A stretch of 64,000 nucleotides of DNA. Origin: Marsupella aquatica. Lineage: Eukaryota; Plantae; Marchantiophyta. Location: the NCBI GenBank assembly GCA_973895155.1, contig OZ316899.1, forward strand, positions 13,643,934-13,707,933, in the 5' to 3' direction. Under the pieces are notes generated by a model. It had not been told where the DNA came from. It saw only the letters and a program-made list of their open reading frames with translations, and ran no database searches. Shown one piece after another: positions 47,980-60,282 of the stretch (positions are counted from its first letter, which is position 1; each line of letters starts with the position of its first letter). The translations under genes were made by a program, and so were the position numbers.

Positions 47980-48799
47980 TCATTTAGGGTTTAGGTCGGC
48001 CGCCATTGTTGGTTTAGGTCTAGTTTAGAAGAATTTATCCTCACCCCTGGTAGTTTTGGTTCAGATTTTGTAACATGGACAAATTTTGTACAAGTTTGTG
48101 ATTAATAAATTACTTGACATTTGCACGACAAACATGTTTGGCATGGTGTTTTTTCAATGTCGACTACCTTGCCGACATGCAAAATTCAGCTTGGGTCTCT
48201 AAGATGAATCTTGGTCAGATCTCGACGGCCTTCTCCGAGATATATTGGCGTACGTCAAATCGCTGGATGTACGTCAGATCGCCAATGTCGACCACCTCGC
48301 CGACATGCAAAACTCGGCGAGGGTCTTTGAGATGTATCTCGGCCAGATCTCGGCGGCCTTCTCCAAGATATGCTGGCGTACGTCAGATTGCTAGACGTAC
48401 GTCAGATCGCCAATGACATGCAACACTCAGCGAGGGTCTCTGACACATTTTGCGGTTTTGAGTAGGCAACTTAGTTTTGAGCACATAGCTTTGTGAAGTT
48501 GGCAACCCTCGCCGAGATCTTTTCCCAACACGAAACAGCCAAGCGTAGCGTCTAACCCACCAAGGAGAGACAATGTTTCCAAAACAATTATAGTAAAGAT
48601 CAAGTCGGCGGTCTTGCTGACATTCTAATTTGGTCGCATTAATGTGTACGGAAAGGACATATTGGGTCCGCTTGAATGATTTTATGATGTTGGCGAGTAC
48701 GCCGACATATCCTTGCCAATGTCAGAGACCTTGCCCACATCCCCTCACTATGGACCCTTCACTGATATTAGTGACTGATATCAGTTATCAGTCACTGAT

Positions 48800-49442
48800 A
48801 ACTGATGATGTTACCTATCTCAAGCAAAATGAATTGGAAGTGAACCTATTGCCATCTGAGTTGCCCAAAGATGCCATTTCAGATGTCTTTCAGTTGCCAA
48901 AGGATAAGTCAATTGAGTTGACACCAGATAAAACCCCAGAATCATCTGAGTTGCCAAAAGATACTCCTGCTCTAAGTGAACAGGATGACACTCCATCAAT
49001 TAGAAGGGGAAAGTTCAAGAAAAGGAAGAAAGGATCTTCAACAAATGCATCACCTGCACAGAAGAAACTCATTCAGTCTCCTAACCCCATTGCAAAGGTA
49101 AAAGTGTTGTTAGATTTGAGTGTTCACAAATTGTATCTTTCAATTTGTGCATATTGCATTTTTAACAAAATGTGTTATTCATAGTTTGCAAGAGGAGATT
49201 TGGTGAAGATGAAGAGTGTTATGGACAATTCCATGATAGTGGCAGAAGGTGAGGTGACAGGGCTGCCAGGAGAAGATAAGTTCCATTGTGCAGATTTTGA
49301 AAGCCCTTTCTTGCGAGTGCGTGTGATTGAAGTGTTTGTAGATGTGGCATTGCCAAATAATGCAGGGGAGAACCAGTCTAAGTTATCTGATGTGAAGGGG
49401 ATGAATGCCCTGTGGAACTCTAGATTGCTCAAGAAGCAGTAG
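48800..49442 (+). pseudogene. CACTA TnpA-like C-terminal exons (Tnp1/En/Spm-like domain)
   Basis: Intron ~49098-49183; IVAEGEVTG..HCADF..LRVRVIEVFVDVALP..LSDVKGMNALW. Confidence 0.65.
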
Positions 49443-49481
49443 AAGCAGCCATGGGCCAAGAAGCAATAGACTTGATAGAAG

Positions 49482-52259
49482 TGTGACGCCGATGACATGG
49501 TCCTTATTCTATAATCTGAGTAAGTAGGTTGTTGTATGCAAGGAGTAGCTATTGATATTGCATAACAATTAGCAAGCTAGCAAGAATAAGGGCAATCATG
49601 GCGTTAAGAGTAGGGATAAAGGTATTTCAGCTTGAAGACTGCACAACCAAGGCAGACACAGTTGAGGTAGTCATTGTCAAGGCCACAAAGGAGAAACTGG
49701 GGAAGAGAGGATTCAGCTCTTCAAGCATACCATCTTCTTGACAAGCAAGATGGAGCATGGAGGCTCTTCAAGACGCCGGTACGGAGGTAGGTGTGGTAAT
49801 TCAAGGAAGCGAGTCTCCATAGCTGAATATGAAGCTATGGGGTATGGTGATTGTGCTCAGGATGAAATCTAAATATCTTGGATGTGTAGCTTCATTTTGT
49901 TATTTGGGTTAGTGGTTCATAGTCTAGTCTTAGAATGTTAGGGAAATAAAAGCTATGTTGCGGGTGGTCGCTGACCATATCTCTTTCAGTATGTCACCAA
50001 ATCCGGATCTGTAAAGAGCATTGGAAAGATCTGGTCAAGGCGAGTAAAATCAATATAAAACACTTGGGAAACAGAGGTGTATTAAGAAAGATATGACCTA
50101 ATTAGTGTGACGGGTTAACTTGTGACCGGAATGAGCGGATTCGGCTTCAGTTTCGGGTTACCCTAAGCTCGGCCACGGCTTAGCTTATGTGAGCACAGCT
50201 TCAGCTTAGCTCATGTAAGCATGGTTCAGCTTAGCTCATGTAAGCACGGCTTCAGCTTAGCTCAGGCCAGCACACCTTCAGCTTAGGCTTAACCTGGATT
50301 CGGCCTAGATTGATCCCGGGTTAGACTGAACTCGGGTTTGCCTAAACTCGGGCTTGGGTTAGCATAGGTAAGTTCGGGTTCGGGCTCAGCTTAGCCTAGG
50401 TTAGCGGATAGCGGGTAGCGGCCTAACCCGAGACCACGGGTTAGCTCTCCTCGGGTTAGATAGAATAGCTAGGTTAGCCAAACTCGGGTTAGCTATGTAA
50501 CTCGAGTTAGCATAGCAGTGAATACCCCCTCTCAATTGCGGGGGCATAACTTTCTCTGTATTTGCCCAAATCGGCTATAATTGACCTCGTTGGAAAGAGG
50601 AGCTCAAGTCGCTTCCAACGCTGCTATCTACGCAGCAAATGGTTGAATAGAGAAATCAGGAGAGGAGACAGAAGCTCGCAAAAACCATGGAGGAGGGCCA
50701 AATCCGAAGTACATAGCCAATTCGAGATAGAAATAAAGTTGCGAGTTGGGGTTCAGTAGTTAGAGATAGTGGCGGCTCTGTTAGGGCTGGGATGGGGCTC
50801 TAGTAGCGTAGTATCCACCCATTTGGGCTCAGTATGAGAGTATATAGAGCAACCCCCCGGTAGAGGCAAGGGGGGGGACTTCAGTTGTGTGATCTCACGT
50901 AGACTGAGTAGCAGGGAGGAGCTCTGTGCAAGGAAGGCTGGGCTTGGAAGCTGTGTGTTGGGGAGAGCTTGGTTGTGCTATTACTCAGGGAGTAATCAGC
51001 CACGCTTCACAGCAATAGTTGGCCAGGTTTGCAAGCTGGATTATGGCTCTTTCTAGTAGGTAACACAACTGGGTTCTTTTCCCCCGATACAGAGCCTTGG
51101 TGATAGGTGATGTGTTGGTGATTGTAAACTGTGGGGAGGATTTCAATGTGATTTGCGGTGAGCACATTAGGAAGGCAGAGACACTGATTGAGGGGCAGCA
51201 GGAGGAGCATTTACAGTTCAGTCTGGCAAGGCTACGTGATCCATGGGGAGTCCCGGCCTTTGTCTGGTAGAGAGCACTAAGGGATTTATGGCCAGAGCTG
51301 AGCTTGCAGGGCAAGCGTGAGGCCGGGCCTCATTGCAGTCTGGGATAGATTGTCGTTAGGCTTGGTACCAGCTTTGAAGTCGAGTCAACTGTGCATGCGT
51401 AACTTGACGTTCTGAATTGGAGGTGTGAGATCTGTATGTGCCCCCAAGAATGAAGTGCAGTGAAGGAGGTTGAGTTCAGGATTGAGTTTGCAAGGCAAGT
51501 ACGGGATTGGTTTGAGTCCAATCTGCCGTCGCAATCTGGAGTGAGTCGGGCTCAGGTTCAGGATTGAGCTTGCATGGCAAGCATGGGGTTTGCGGGGCAA
51601 GCACGTCGCAATCTAGAGCAGACAGCCTTTGGGCCTATTGTTCGGATCAAGTGTTCTCAGTGAACTATTGTGCACATCTTTGAATCTAATTGAGTTTTCC
51701 TCTCAGGCCTCATTTCTCTCATGGATGTGTGTGTGTGTGAGGCAATCTGAGTGTATGATGAAACTAGCAACGCCATTGAGAGGTGTATCGGGTGCATTGA
51801 AGTGGGTTGGGTGAGGGCTGTCACAGCTCTGATTGCTGAGAGTGGAATGGCAGAGTGGTGGGGCAATGGCTTAGAAGTCCCTAAGCCGGGAATCAGTCAA
51901 GAGTCACTGGTTTATGGGTACATTCCGGTGGCGAAATAGAAATATACCTATGACAGTAAGCATACGTATAGACATATGCGCACCATAGCGCTAGGCCCTG
52001 TGTGTACGGGCCCGATATGAAGACCCCTTCTCACCAGAACTATCATCATGAGCACATGATCTGATTCCCAACCTTGGTTCTTAGGGATTGAGCTTGGGTG
52101 ATGTGTGACGAAGTCTTGCTATGATAGTCTGGTGTTAAGGGCATAAATTGGTGTTTACCGGCCTTCACAACATCCCTTCGTGATCCTCAGGTACAAGGAG
52201 ATGGTTTTGGCACCCATAGTGACGTTTTTGGTGTTAAGACTCATGTCAATTGCGTGGCA
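49482..52259 (+). mobile_element. Solo LTR, family X copy 3 (long variant)
   Basis: TG..CA ends, TSD AGAAG, and an extra 328 bp (49617-49944) absent from copies 1 and 2. Confidence 0.9.
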
Positions 52260-52379
52260 AGAAGTAGGTTTTGTAGAATGAGAATGACAACTCTATTTTT
52301 CTACAGACACTAAGAGTTGTTGGTATTTCAGATTGTAGCACTTGACTATATCTAATAATAATATGTGTATGCTTTTTTT

Positions 52380-53355
52380 CAATGTCATTTTGCTTGTCAT
52401 TGAAATGACATTGAAAAAAACTTAATCACACTTGCATTTGATTATTTGCTTGCATTTGCATTGAGTTGAATAACTATTGCAGGATTGAAGAATGTGTCAT
52501 GTCAATTGGATTTGTAAGGTATAGAATGTCTCTTTAGGGTTTCATTCTGCAAATGTATTGAATAACTTTGTAGTGTATGACTCTTAAAATGACATGGATT
52601 TCTGTCTAATAAGACCACCCTTTGTCATTGAATACATGACCTAAATGACATATAAATTGACTGATCTAATGGTCATTATGAACATTTAGATTTGTGTCCA
52701 ATATGACTCGACTCAAGTCATTAAATACATAACTTTAATGACCCAAAAAATGACATCTAAAATGACCAATCTCATCGTCATTTGGACATACATAATTGTG
52801 TCCAATATGACTACTTTCAAGTCATTCAAGACATGTCATTAATGACTAATGTGTATTTTACGCGTCATCTCCCAATTGGATCACATGTTCCAATATCACT
52901 AGTCTACAATGTAGTCATTTTGGACAAGTCTTAAATGACCCAACCCTATTGCCATGTGGTGAATACCCTTTGAGCCACATGTCATTACTTGATTTGTTAC
53001 ATATTGTACGTCATTTTGGACAAGTCCTAAATGATGAACGATCTTCCTTCTTTAATTGCCACATGGAATTATATAATTGGGTACGGAGACCGTCGACGGT
53101 GAACGGCAATTGATCATCAATGGTGGCTTTTTGGTCATTGTGGACCGTTCACCATTTATGACCAAATTGTAAATTTAGTCATTTCAGACTATACAAAATG
53201 ACCACACTTTTGCGTCATTTGTCCAAAAGGACCGTGACCCATATCTCCGTTGTGACGCGTCTGGAAAGACCAAAACAAATGCGTCATTATTTTGTTGAAA
53301 AGACCATTTGAATAGTCATTTTTGTGGTCATAAACAACCTTGTTTTCTACTAGTG
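52380..53355. repeat. CACTA right terminus: GTCAT/ATGAC subterminal repeats and TIR
   Basis: Ends ...CCTTGTTTTCTACTAGTG (revcomp CACTAGTAGAAAA), with many GTCATT/AATGAC motifs in both orientations. Confidence 0.88.
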
Positions 53356-54668
53356 TTCCCTGCTCGGCTGGCTTCCTTGGTGCCGCCGACCTCGTTCTCT
53401 TCGCAAGGGTGACCTCTTCGTTGTTGGCCCCTTTCCTCTTCATAGCGGCTGCCGTGGATGGTTCTCCGAGCACGGTTGCCTTCGTCCACCCCTCCATGCT
53501 ACCCTTCAACTCCCAGTGTATGTCGTTGCAGCGGTTGATGGCTTCCCGGATGCCGACAATTCTGTTCTCGCAAAACAAAAGGTCGTCTAGCTTGTCGCCA
53601 GTAGGTGTCCACAAGAATTCAACCTTAATGAGTTCTCCTCCTAAGAAGGCAGACTTTTGCAGCTCCCACAGTTGAGCGAGCTGCTCTTTCTGATTCTTTG
53701 TCCTTGTAGGTCCCAATGTACTCAGTTGCCCATTCGAATAGGCATCCCCAAAAATGAGCAGCTTGATTGACGTTGCTCATACCCTTCTTGAGTTGATAGT
53801 CGGTATCTGCTCCCGCCTAGAGTGTTTGCCTAAGCAGTTGACAATAGTTGCTTCACGTAGTTATCTGCTTAGTTCATGCTTGCAAATGAGCCACCATTCC
53901 TTGCGATCGGTCCTTACCCCCCTCCTGCCTGGTCTTCCTTCCCGTTGGTTACCCATAGCCGCCGGCACTTAGCGCGCCCTAACCCTAATCGTGTTCCCTC
54001 CCCCGGCGTCCTTACTTCCGGCCTCAGCTCGGGTTCCATAGTCACCCTTAATTGTTTATATTTTCCTTGTTTTTGTTACTATACTAATGTGTTTCTAGGG
54101 TACACTCTTGATTTTACCATTTAAACTGGCCTAGTGATTCCTGGCTAGGCATCACATAGCTCCCCACTTAATTGTGAAGCATCCTTGCAAACAACTTCAT
54201 CTTCGTCCATATAATATTTCTTGAGGCGGTCGTAGTGAATGCAAACTGGGTACACCTCTCCAGTAATGTTGGCCAATTGTACGGAGCCATTGGAGAACTT
54301 CATGGTTACCCTGAAGGGTCCTAACCAGTGAGTGTAAAGTTTACCTTGAAACTTGCTATACCTACTGTCATAAAGTAATACAAGATCTCCTGTGTGAATA
54401 CTAATATGGGTTCAACTTTTTATCATATTGTTGCTTCTGTCTATATTCTACTCTCTTGGCTGAAATCATTCTTGCCTCTTCTAAGGCTTCTAATCTATAT
54501 TCTTGCTCCTTTAGGCTTTCCTCCTCTGAGACTCTCTCCTCAATTGTAACTTGAAATGTAGGAATCTCAAGTTGCATGGGTACCAGAGCTTCCTGTCCAA
54601 AGGTTAAGAAAAAGGGTGTATGACCGGTAGTGGATTTATAGGCTAAATTGTAAGCAAAAACAACAACA

Positions 54669-54817
54669 TGTTGTAACCCGAGTTAACTCTAGCCTAACTA
54701 AGGTTAGACCTACCACAGTTGGTTAAGACTAACCGCCTAACTACCCTACCTGCCTAAGGGACTATATGTATTGGAAGAGGAATGAATAAAGGAGTTAGTT
54801 GTTGATGAGCTATAACA
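54669..54817 (+). repeat. 5' LTR (149 bp)
   Basis: TGTTGTAAC...TATAACA. Confidence 0.97.
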
Positions 54818-54831
54818 CGTTATCAGCACGA
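54818..54831 (+). promoter_or_regulatory. Half-tRNA-Ile type primer binding site
   Basis: CGTTATCAGCACGA directly after the LTR with no TGG; complementary to the tRNA-Ile anticodon arm as recalled. Confidence 0.75.
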
Positions 54832-55133
54832 TGTCTGCAACGAGAATTTTTTTTTCAAACAAGCTTCAGAGGGACATTCATGCCAAGGCGATTGATTCAG
54901 CACCATAGAAACTAATTTTTCGGGCAGCAGATCGATCGGGAGTGGTATAATTTGACCACGATTCCACGGATTGGGATTTGAGGGGGCTGACAATAGAAGA
55001 AGCGGAGGCAGACCCAGGAATTCAACTTGAGAGACAACGACTCAAGAAGGGACATAGCCCCACATCATCACTCAGTCAAGTGCGAACGGATATATTGTTA
55101 TTATCACAGGATCAATTGACCAATTGATAGAAG

Positions 55134-58100
55134 ATGGCTGTACCCACTAACTCCATCGAGAAACTCCTATTTCAACCTCTGAGTATAGACGGCGCAAATT
55201 ACCTATCCTGGACTCTAGATATTGAGGCCCACCTCGCAGCAAAAGAACTCCAAGACACGATCATTACAGATGCGGGAACTACTCTCCCACAAAAGGCGAA
55301 GGCCTTAATACTAATTCGGCACCATCTATGCGAGCCATTGAAGAAACAATACATGAACGAATTCAATCCCCGGCTACTATGGGATGACCTACAATCCCGT
55401 TTCGATCACATTCGAACTATCTACCTACCCGCAGCTCGCCACGACTGGATCAATCTGCGCGTCCAAGACTACAAGACGGTCGCAGATTATAACAGTGAGC
55501 TATTCAGGATCATCGCACAACTGGCCATCTGCGGCCAACCAATAAACGATGCAGAGCAGATCGAAAAAACACTGTCAACTCTTCATTCTTCAAACCTTAT
55601 CCTCTCTACACAATACAGGAATATGGCCTTTACCAAATACTCCGAACTAATTGCGCATATGCTGCTGGCTGAAAAGCACCAGCTCCTACTACTACAAAAT
55701 TCGCAGAAACGCCCACCGGGGACCCTCCCGTCCACATCAGCTCCCGAGACCAACTACGCCACACCACAGAGGGGAGAATCAAGAAACTATCGAGGCCGCG
55801 CAGGCACCAGGGGACGCAGCCCGAATAGGGGTCGAAGCAATAACTTTCAACGAGACGGCAGAGGGAATTTCCACCGAGGACGCGGCCAAGGCAGATCGAG
55901 ATACAACGGCAGGAGCTCGTGGAACACCTGGACGAGAGAGAACAATAATCAGAATCGCACGAAGTTCAACGAGGACCAGCACAACCAACGAGATATGACC
56001 ACCAACCCCCCTCTCTGTTTTCGCTGTGGAACTAAAGGGCACATTCAGAAACACTGCAGAGCACCTTCACATCTAGTAGCCCTTTATAAGAAAAGCATGA
56101 ACACAAACGCACCTGAAACATATGGCACTTTCATGGACTCCGCTGAGATCCTTCCCGAGATCAACATGATTATAAGGAACCACACAAAGAACCCAAACAA
56201 TCCTCACTCATGTATAGTCGATAGTGGGACCTCACATTCAATTCTGAAAAATAAGGAATACTTTACCCACATAACCCCATCACAGCGAAAGGTCACCACC
56301 ATAATGGGCCAACATCAGTTAGAGGAGGGCTACGGACCTGCAACCGTCACATTACCACAAGGCACAGTGATAAAGATACACTCTGCCATATACGCACCCA
56401 AAGCCACCAGGAACCTCCTAAGTTTTGGAGACATAAGAGCCAATGATCTGCATATCCAAACTGGGACTTCCAACAAACTCGAAGTCCTACATATCACATC
56501 CAAGACTCCACAGAACAATGGGATCCTGGAAACACTAAAAGCCCATCACCCCGGCTTTTATACTACCAACATACACAGCTTCCATACCGAGCCAGAGAAT
56601 CAAAAGCCACAAAACCCCATCACAGAGATCTGGCACAGGAGACTTGGCCACCCGGGCCTTAACATGTTCCAGAGAATCGTTAAACAGACCAAGGGCATAC
56701 CGCCTACAGTACACCCCACATCTATGCTCGGACCATGCCTTGCCTGTTCACAAGGTAAACTGATAATAAGGCCCTCACCAACCCCACCTGGAACCAGAAT
56801 CCCCAACTTTCTGGAACGGATCCACGCAGACGTATGTGGACCGATCGACCCCCCTAGTGGCCCATTCCGCTTTTACCTAGCAGTAATAGATGCCTCAACT
56901 AAATGGTCCCAAATCTCACTCCTATCCACAAGAAATCTAGTTTTCCCTCGCTTACTGGCTCACATCTTGAAACTAAGAGCACAATTCCCGGATAACCAGA
57001 TCCAGACAATCAGAGTGGACAATGCAGGGGAATTTACCTCCAAAACCTTTGAAGACTTTTGCACTGCTACAGGCATAGACGTACAGTACCCCGTCCCCCA
57101 CGTCCACTTCCAAAACGGGACAGCGGAATCATTGATAAAACGCCTCCAAATAATTGCCAGACCAATACTGATGCAGAGCAACCTCCCCACAACCGCATGG
57201 GGACATGCCATCCTACACTCTGCCACACTACTCAGTTACAGACCGTCAGCATACAACTCAAGCTCACCACACACTCTGGCACTCGGCACCATCCCCAACA
57301 TAACTCACCTTCGAACCTTTGGCTGCCAAGTAATGGTACCAATACTGGGCCCCAAACGAACCAAAATGGGCCCTCAGCGGCAAGCAGGAATATACATTGG
57401 ATGTGATTCCACATCCATCATTCGATACCTGGAACCCACCACAGCCGACGTTTTTAAGGCCCGATTCAGCGACTGCCACTTCTATGAAACTACATTTCCA
57501 AAACTACAAACAAGACAGGAAACAGATAGCGACAAATCTCTCACCTGGCAAATCCAATCTGCATTTTGGCAGGATCCCCGAACTAGCCAATCTGACACGG
57601 AAGTTAAAAGAATACTCCACCTCACAAACCTGATAGAACACCTACCAGACTCTTTTGCAGATGCCGCAAAAATAACCCGATCACACATACCGGCAGCAAA
57701 CACACCTTCGCGCATACAGATGGACATCCAACCGGCAACTGTAACCTCACCACGAGCAAAGCGGGGACGCCCCCTAGGAGCTACAGACAAACAACCCAGA
57801 CAAAGGAAAGCAGCACCTCCAAGAGCTCCATCACCACATTCAGAACTGCCAACCCCTCAGACCACCACACCAGAAGATAACGACGAGATCGCTATCAATT
57901 ATGGAAGCACAGGGCACATATGGGACAGAACACACACAACAATAGATGATAAATTCGCGTTCCATATATCCCAACAAATAGACGAAGACTCACATGATCC
58001 AAAGACAATCCGGGAAGCACAAACCCACTCAGACTGGCCCGAGTGGGAAAAAGCAATTAACCTAGAACTAGACTCCCTTATATCTCGCCATGTCTTCGGC

Positions 58101-59744
58101 CCCATCACTCCAGCAGCACCAGGCATTCACCTCACAGGCTGCAGATGGACCTTTGTGAAGAAACGGAATGCACAGGGGGAAGTAGTCAGACATAAGGCCC
58201 GACTAGTAGCAAAGGGCTTTACCCAAATCTCGGGCCGTGACTACGACCTCACGTACTCCCCAGTGATGGACGCCATCACTTACCGCTACCTAATCACCTT
58301 TTCACAGTACCACAACTTATCCATGCACCAACTGGACATAGTGACGACATACTTATATGGGCACCTGGACACAGTTATACACATGGAAGCACCACCCGAG
58401 TTGATACAACGTGTGGAACACCACTGCCAGGGGGAGCAGACACCCATGAGACTAGATCACACTGAGAAAAGCAAATTCGATCACACCAATGAGGCAGTAC
58501 TACATACAATAGCCAAATCAATTGCACTAAAAGCTTCTTCAAAGCAAATGCTCACCAAGCAAACTCGTTTTGCAGTGCAAGTCCTTCGCTCCATGTATGG
58601 CCTGAAACAGAGCGGCCTAACTTGGTATAAGAGATTTAAATCTGAAATGTTAACCATGGGATTTAAAAATTCAGATATCACACCTTGCATATTCCTCAAG
58701 CAGGAAGGACGTGAAGTTATAATCATTGCAATATATGTGGATGACCTGAACTTATTCGGGACCAGCCGAATCATGCTGGAAACTATCCAATTACTGAAAA
58801 AGGCATTTGAGGTGCGAGACTTGGGACAGACTACTTTCTGCCTCGGCCTACAATTCGAACATCTGCCAAATGGAATCCTACTGCACCAATCTACTTATAC
58901 AAGAAAAATACTGAAGCAATTCAATATGCATCAGTCCAAACCAGTCAAATCCCCAATGGACATTCGCTCATTGGATATGGACAAGGACATTTTCCGGAAG
59001 AGGAACGAGAACGAGCCACTACTTGGCTCAGACAAACCATACCTATCTGCAATAGGGGTCCTGATGTTCCTCGCTAACCAGACAAGACCCGATCTGGCAT
59101 TCTCAGTGAACCTACTGGCACGCCATAGCGCAACGCCAACCATAAGACACTGGAACGGCATTAAAAGAATCTTCAGATACTTAAGAGGCACGACAGACCT
59201 CGGCTTATTCTACCCCAAGCATGATACTTACTTACTTACCGGGTACGCGGATGCAGGATACCTGTCGGACCCCGCAGATGCGAAATCACAGACAGGGTAT
59301 GTGTTCCTGATGGGCAATACGGCCATCTCATGGAGGAGCAACAAGCAAACATTGACCACAACCTCGTCAAACCACTCCGAAATAATCGCATTATACGAGG
59401 CGAGCCGGGAATGCATATGGCTACGCAATGTGATCAACCACATACACGAAAACACAGGCATACCGAGATTGACCACACCCACACAACTCTATGAAGACAA
59501 TAGACCGTGTGTCGATCAAATCCAAGCAGGGTTCATCAAGGGAGACAGAACGAAACACATTGCACCTAAGTTTTTCTTTACTCACGAGCAGCAGAACAAA
59601 AGCATCGCAGTTCAGTGGATCTCTAGCGAATCCAACTCTGCAGACATGTTTACGAAAGCACTCCCACCGAATCTACACAACCAGCATACACACTCGATAG
59701 GGATGCGAAGCCTATCTCAACTGCAGACCGGATCGAATCAATAA
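55134..59744 (+). CDS. Copia Gag-Pol polyprotein (gag, CCHC, PR, IN, RT, RNase H), 1536 aa
   Basis: CFRCGTKGHIQKHC, IVDSGTSHS, WHRRLGHP, RVDNAGEF, IYVDDLNL and GYADAGY, with no interruptions. Confidence 0.97.
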   Translation: MAVPTNSIEKLLFQPLSIDGANYLSWTLDIEAHLAAKELQDTIITDAGTTLPQKAKALILIRHHLCEPLKKQYMNEFNPRLLWDDLQSRFDHIRTIYLPAARHDWINLRVQDYKTVADYNSELFRIIAQLAICGQPINDAEQIEKTLSTLHSSNLILSTQYRNMAFTKYSELIAHMLLAEKHQLLLLQNSQKRPPGTLPSTSAPETNYATPQRGESRNYRGRAGTRGRSPNRGRSNNFQRDGRGNFHRGRGQGRSRYNGRSSWNTWTRENNNQNRTKFNEDQHNQRDMTTNPPLCFRCGTKGHIQKHCRAPSHLVALYKKSMNTNAPETYGTFMDSAEILPEINMIIRNHTKNPNNPHSCIVDSGTSHSILKNKEYFTHITPSQRKVTTIMGQHQLEEGYGPATVTLPQGTVIKIHSAIYAPKATRNLLSFGDIRANDLHIQTGTSNKLEVLHITSKTPQNNGILETLKAHHPGFYTTNIHSFHTEPENQKPQNPITEIWHRRLGHPGLNMFQRIVKQTKGIPPTVHPTSMLGPCLACSQGKLIIRPSPTPPGTRIPNFLERIHADVCGPIDPPSGPFRFYLAVIDASTKWSQISLLSTRNLVFPRLLAHILKLRAQFPDNQIQTIRVDNAGEFTSKTFEDFCTATGIDVQYPVPHVHFQNGTAESLIKRLQIIARPILMQSNLPTTAWGHAILHSATLLSYRPSAYNSSSPHTLALGTIPNITHLRTFGCQVMVPILGPKRTKMGPQRQAGIYIGCDSTSIIRYLEPTTADVFKARFSDCHFYETTFPKLQTRQETDSDKSLTWQIQSAFWQDPRTSQSDTEVKRILHLTNLIEHLPDSFADAAKITRSHIPAANTPSRIQMDIQPATVTSPRAKRGRPLGATDKQPRQRKAAPPRAPSPHSELPTPQTTTPEDNDEIAINYGSTGHIWDRTHTTIDDKFAFHISQQIDEDSHDPKTIREAQTHSDWPEWEKAINLELDSLISRHVFGPITPAAPGIHLTGCRWTFVKKRNAQGEVVRHKARLVAKGFTQISGRDYDLTYSPVMDAITYRYLITFSQYHNLSMHQLDIVTTYLYGHLDTVIHMEAPPELIQRVEHHCQGEQTPMRLDHTEKSKFDHTNEAVLHTIAKSIALKASSKQMLTKQTRFAVQVLRSMYGLKQSGLTWYKRFKSEMLTMGFKNSDITPCIFLKQEGREVIIIAIYVDDLNLFGTSRIMLETIQLLKKAFEVRDLGQTTFCLGLQFEHLPNGILLHQSTYTRKILKQFNMHQSKPVKSPMDIRSLDMDKDIFRKRNENEPLLGSDKPYLSAIGVLMFLANQTRPDLAFSVNLLARHSATPTIRHWNGIKRIFRYLRGTTDLGLFYPKHDTYLLTGYADAGYLSDPADAKSQTGYVFLMGNTAISWRSNKQTLTTTSSNHSEIIALYEASRECIWLRNVINHIHENTGIPRLTTPTQLYEDNRPCVDQIQAGFIKGDRTKHIAPKFFFTHEQQNKSIAVQWISSESNSADMFTKALPPNLHNQHTHSIGMRSLSQLQTGSNQ

Positions 59745-60282
59745 ACTCGAGACACAATGATCGGAATGCAGACACGACATCACAGGTACGCCAGGTCACA
59801 AAGAATCACTCGGTGAAGCATTTAGAACATGGAGGAGCCGCAACAACGAACCTGGGAGAAACAAGAACCAACATCGATTCGACCATCGACAGTGAGAAGC
59901 TCAACTGGCAACCTTCAGGGGGAGATTCGCCCGACCTCCATCTCCGAATCCACTTACAACGTGAAGCAATCGAAAGCGAATCTTCCCCCACTCGAACCGA
60001 AGAGCTCCCTACTCACAAACGAAACAATCGACCACACAATCCGCAAATACATTAGGGCGTTTACACTTCATTCCTATTACCTACACTAGACTTTACAAGT
60101 AATTTACCACTAACACAACACAATTACACTTACGAATTACATTTTTAAGAAGGAATGGTAACACTCTTTCCCCCCACAAGAAAGGAGGGGGGGTTTTAAT
60201 GAGGTTACATTCCCACCACCTAGAGTAAACTAAATGTGGGTGCAACATTCCTTCCCAAGACCATGTTACACCCAAGGGGGAG

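Larger units (their letters stand above)
21100..48758. mobile_element. MULE element B (~16 kb net of nested insertions); left end lost or unresolved
   Basis: Same divergent ParB-MTase / transposase layout as element A. A family-specific palindrome runs from ~21830 to ~48740. Candidate right end ...GACCCT at 48758; no TSD found. Confidence 0.7.
3030..53355 (+). mobile_element. Host CACTA (En/Spm) DNA transposon, heavily interrupted; left end outside the window
   Basis: TnpD/DUF4216-like fragments (3030-3524 joined to 15443-15814), a TnpA-like C-terminus (48800-49442), and a right end reading CACTAGTAGAAAACAAGG on the minus strand with subterminal repeats. Assigning all pieces to one element is inference. 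Confidence 0.65.

Noticed and set aside
21100-48758. Classifying element B as Zisupton/KDZ because of SWIM, Ulp1 and F-box cargo
   Set aside because: The transposase motifs, and the 9-bp TSD of its relative element A, are MULE-like. No KDZ-type catalytic or CxC motifs were seen.
53189-53716. 175-aa ORF as a gene
   Set aside because: It is chimeric: it runs from gypsy 3' sequence across the CACTA terminus at 53355.
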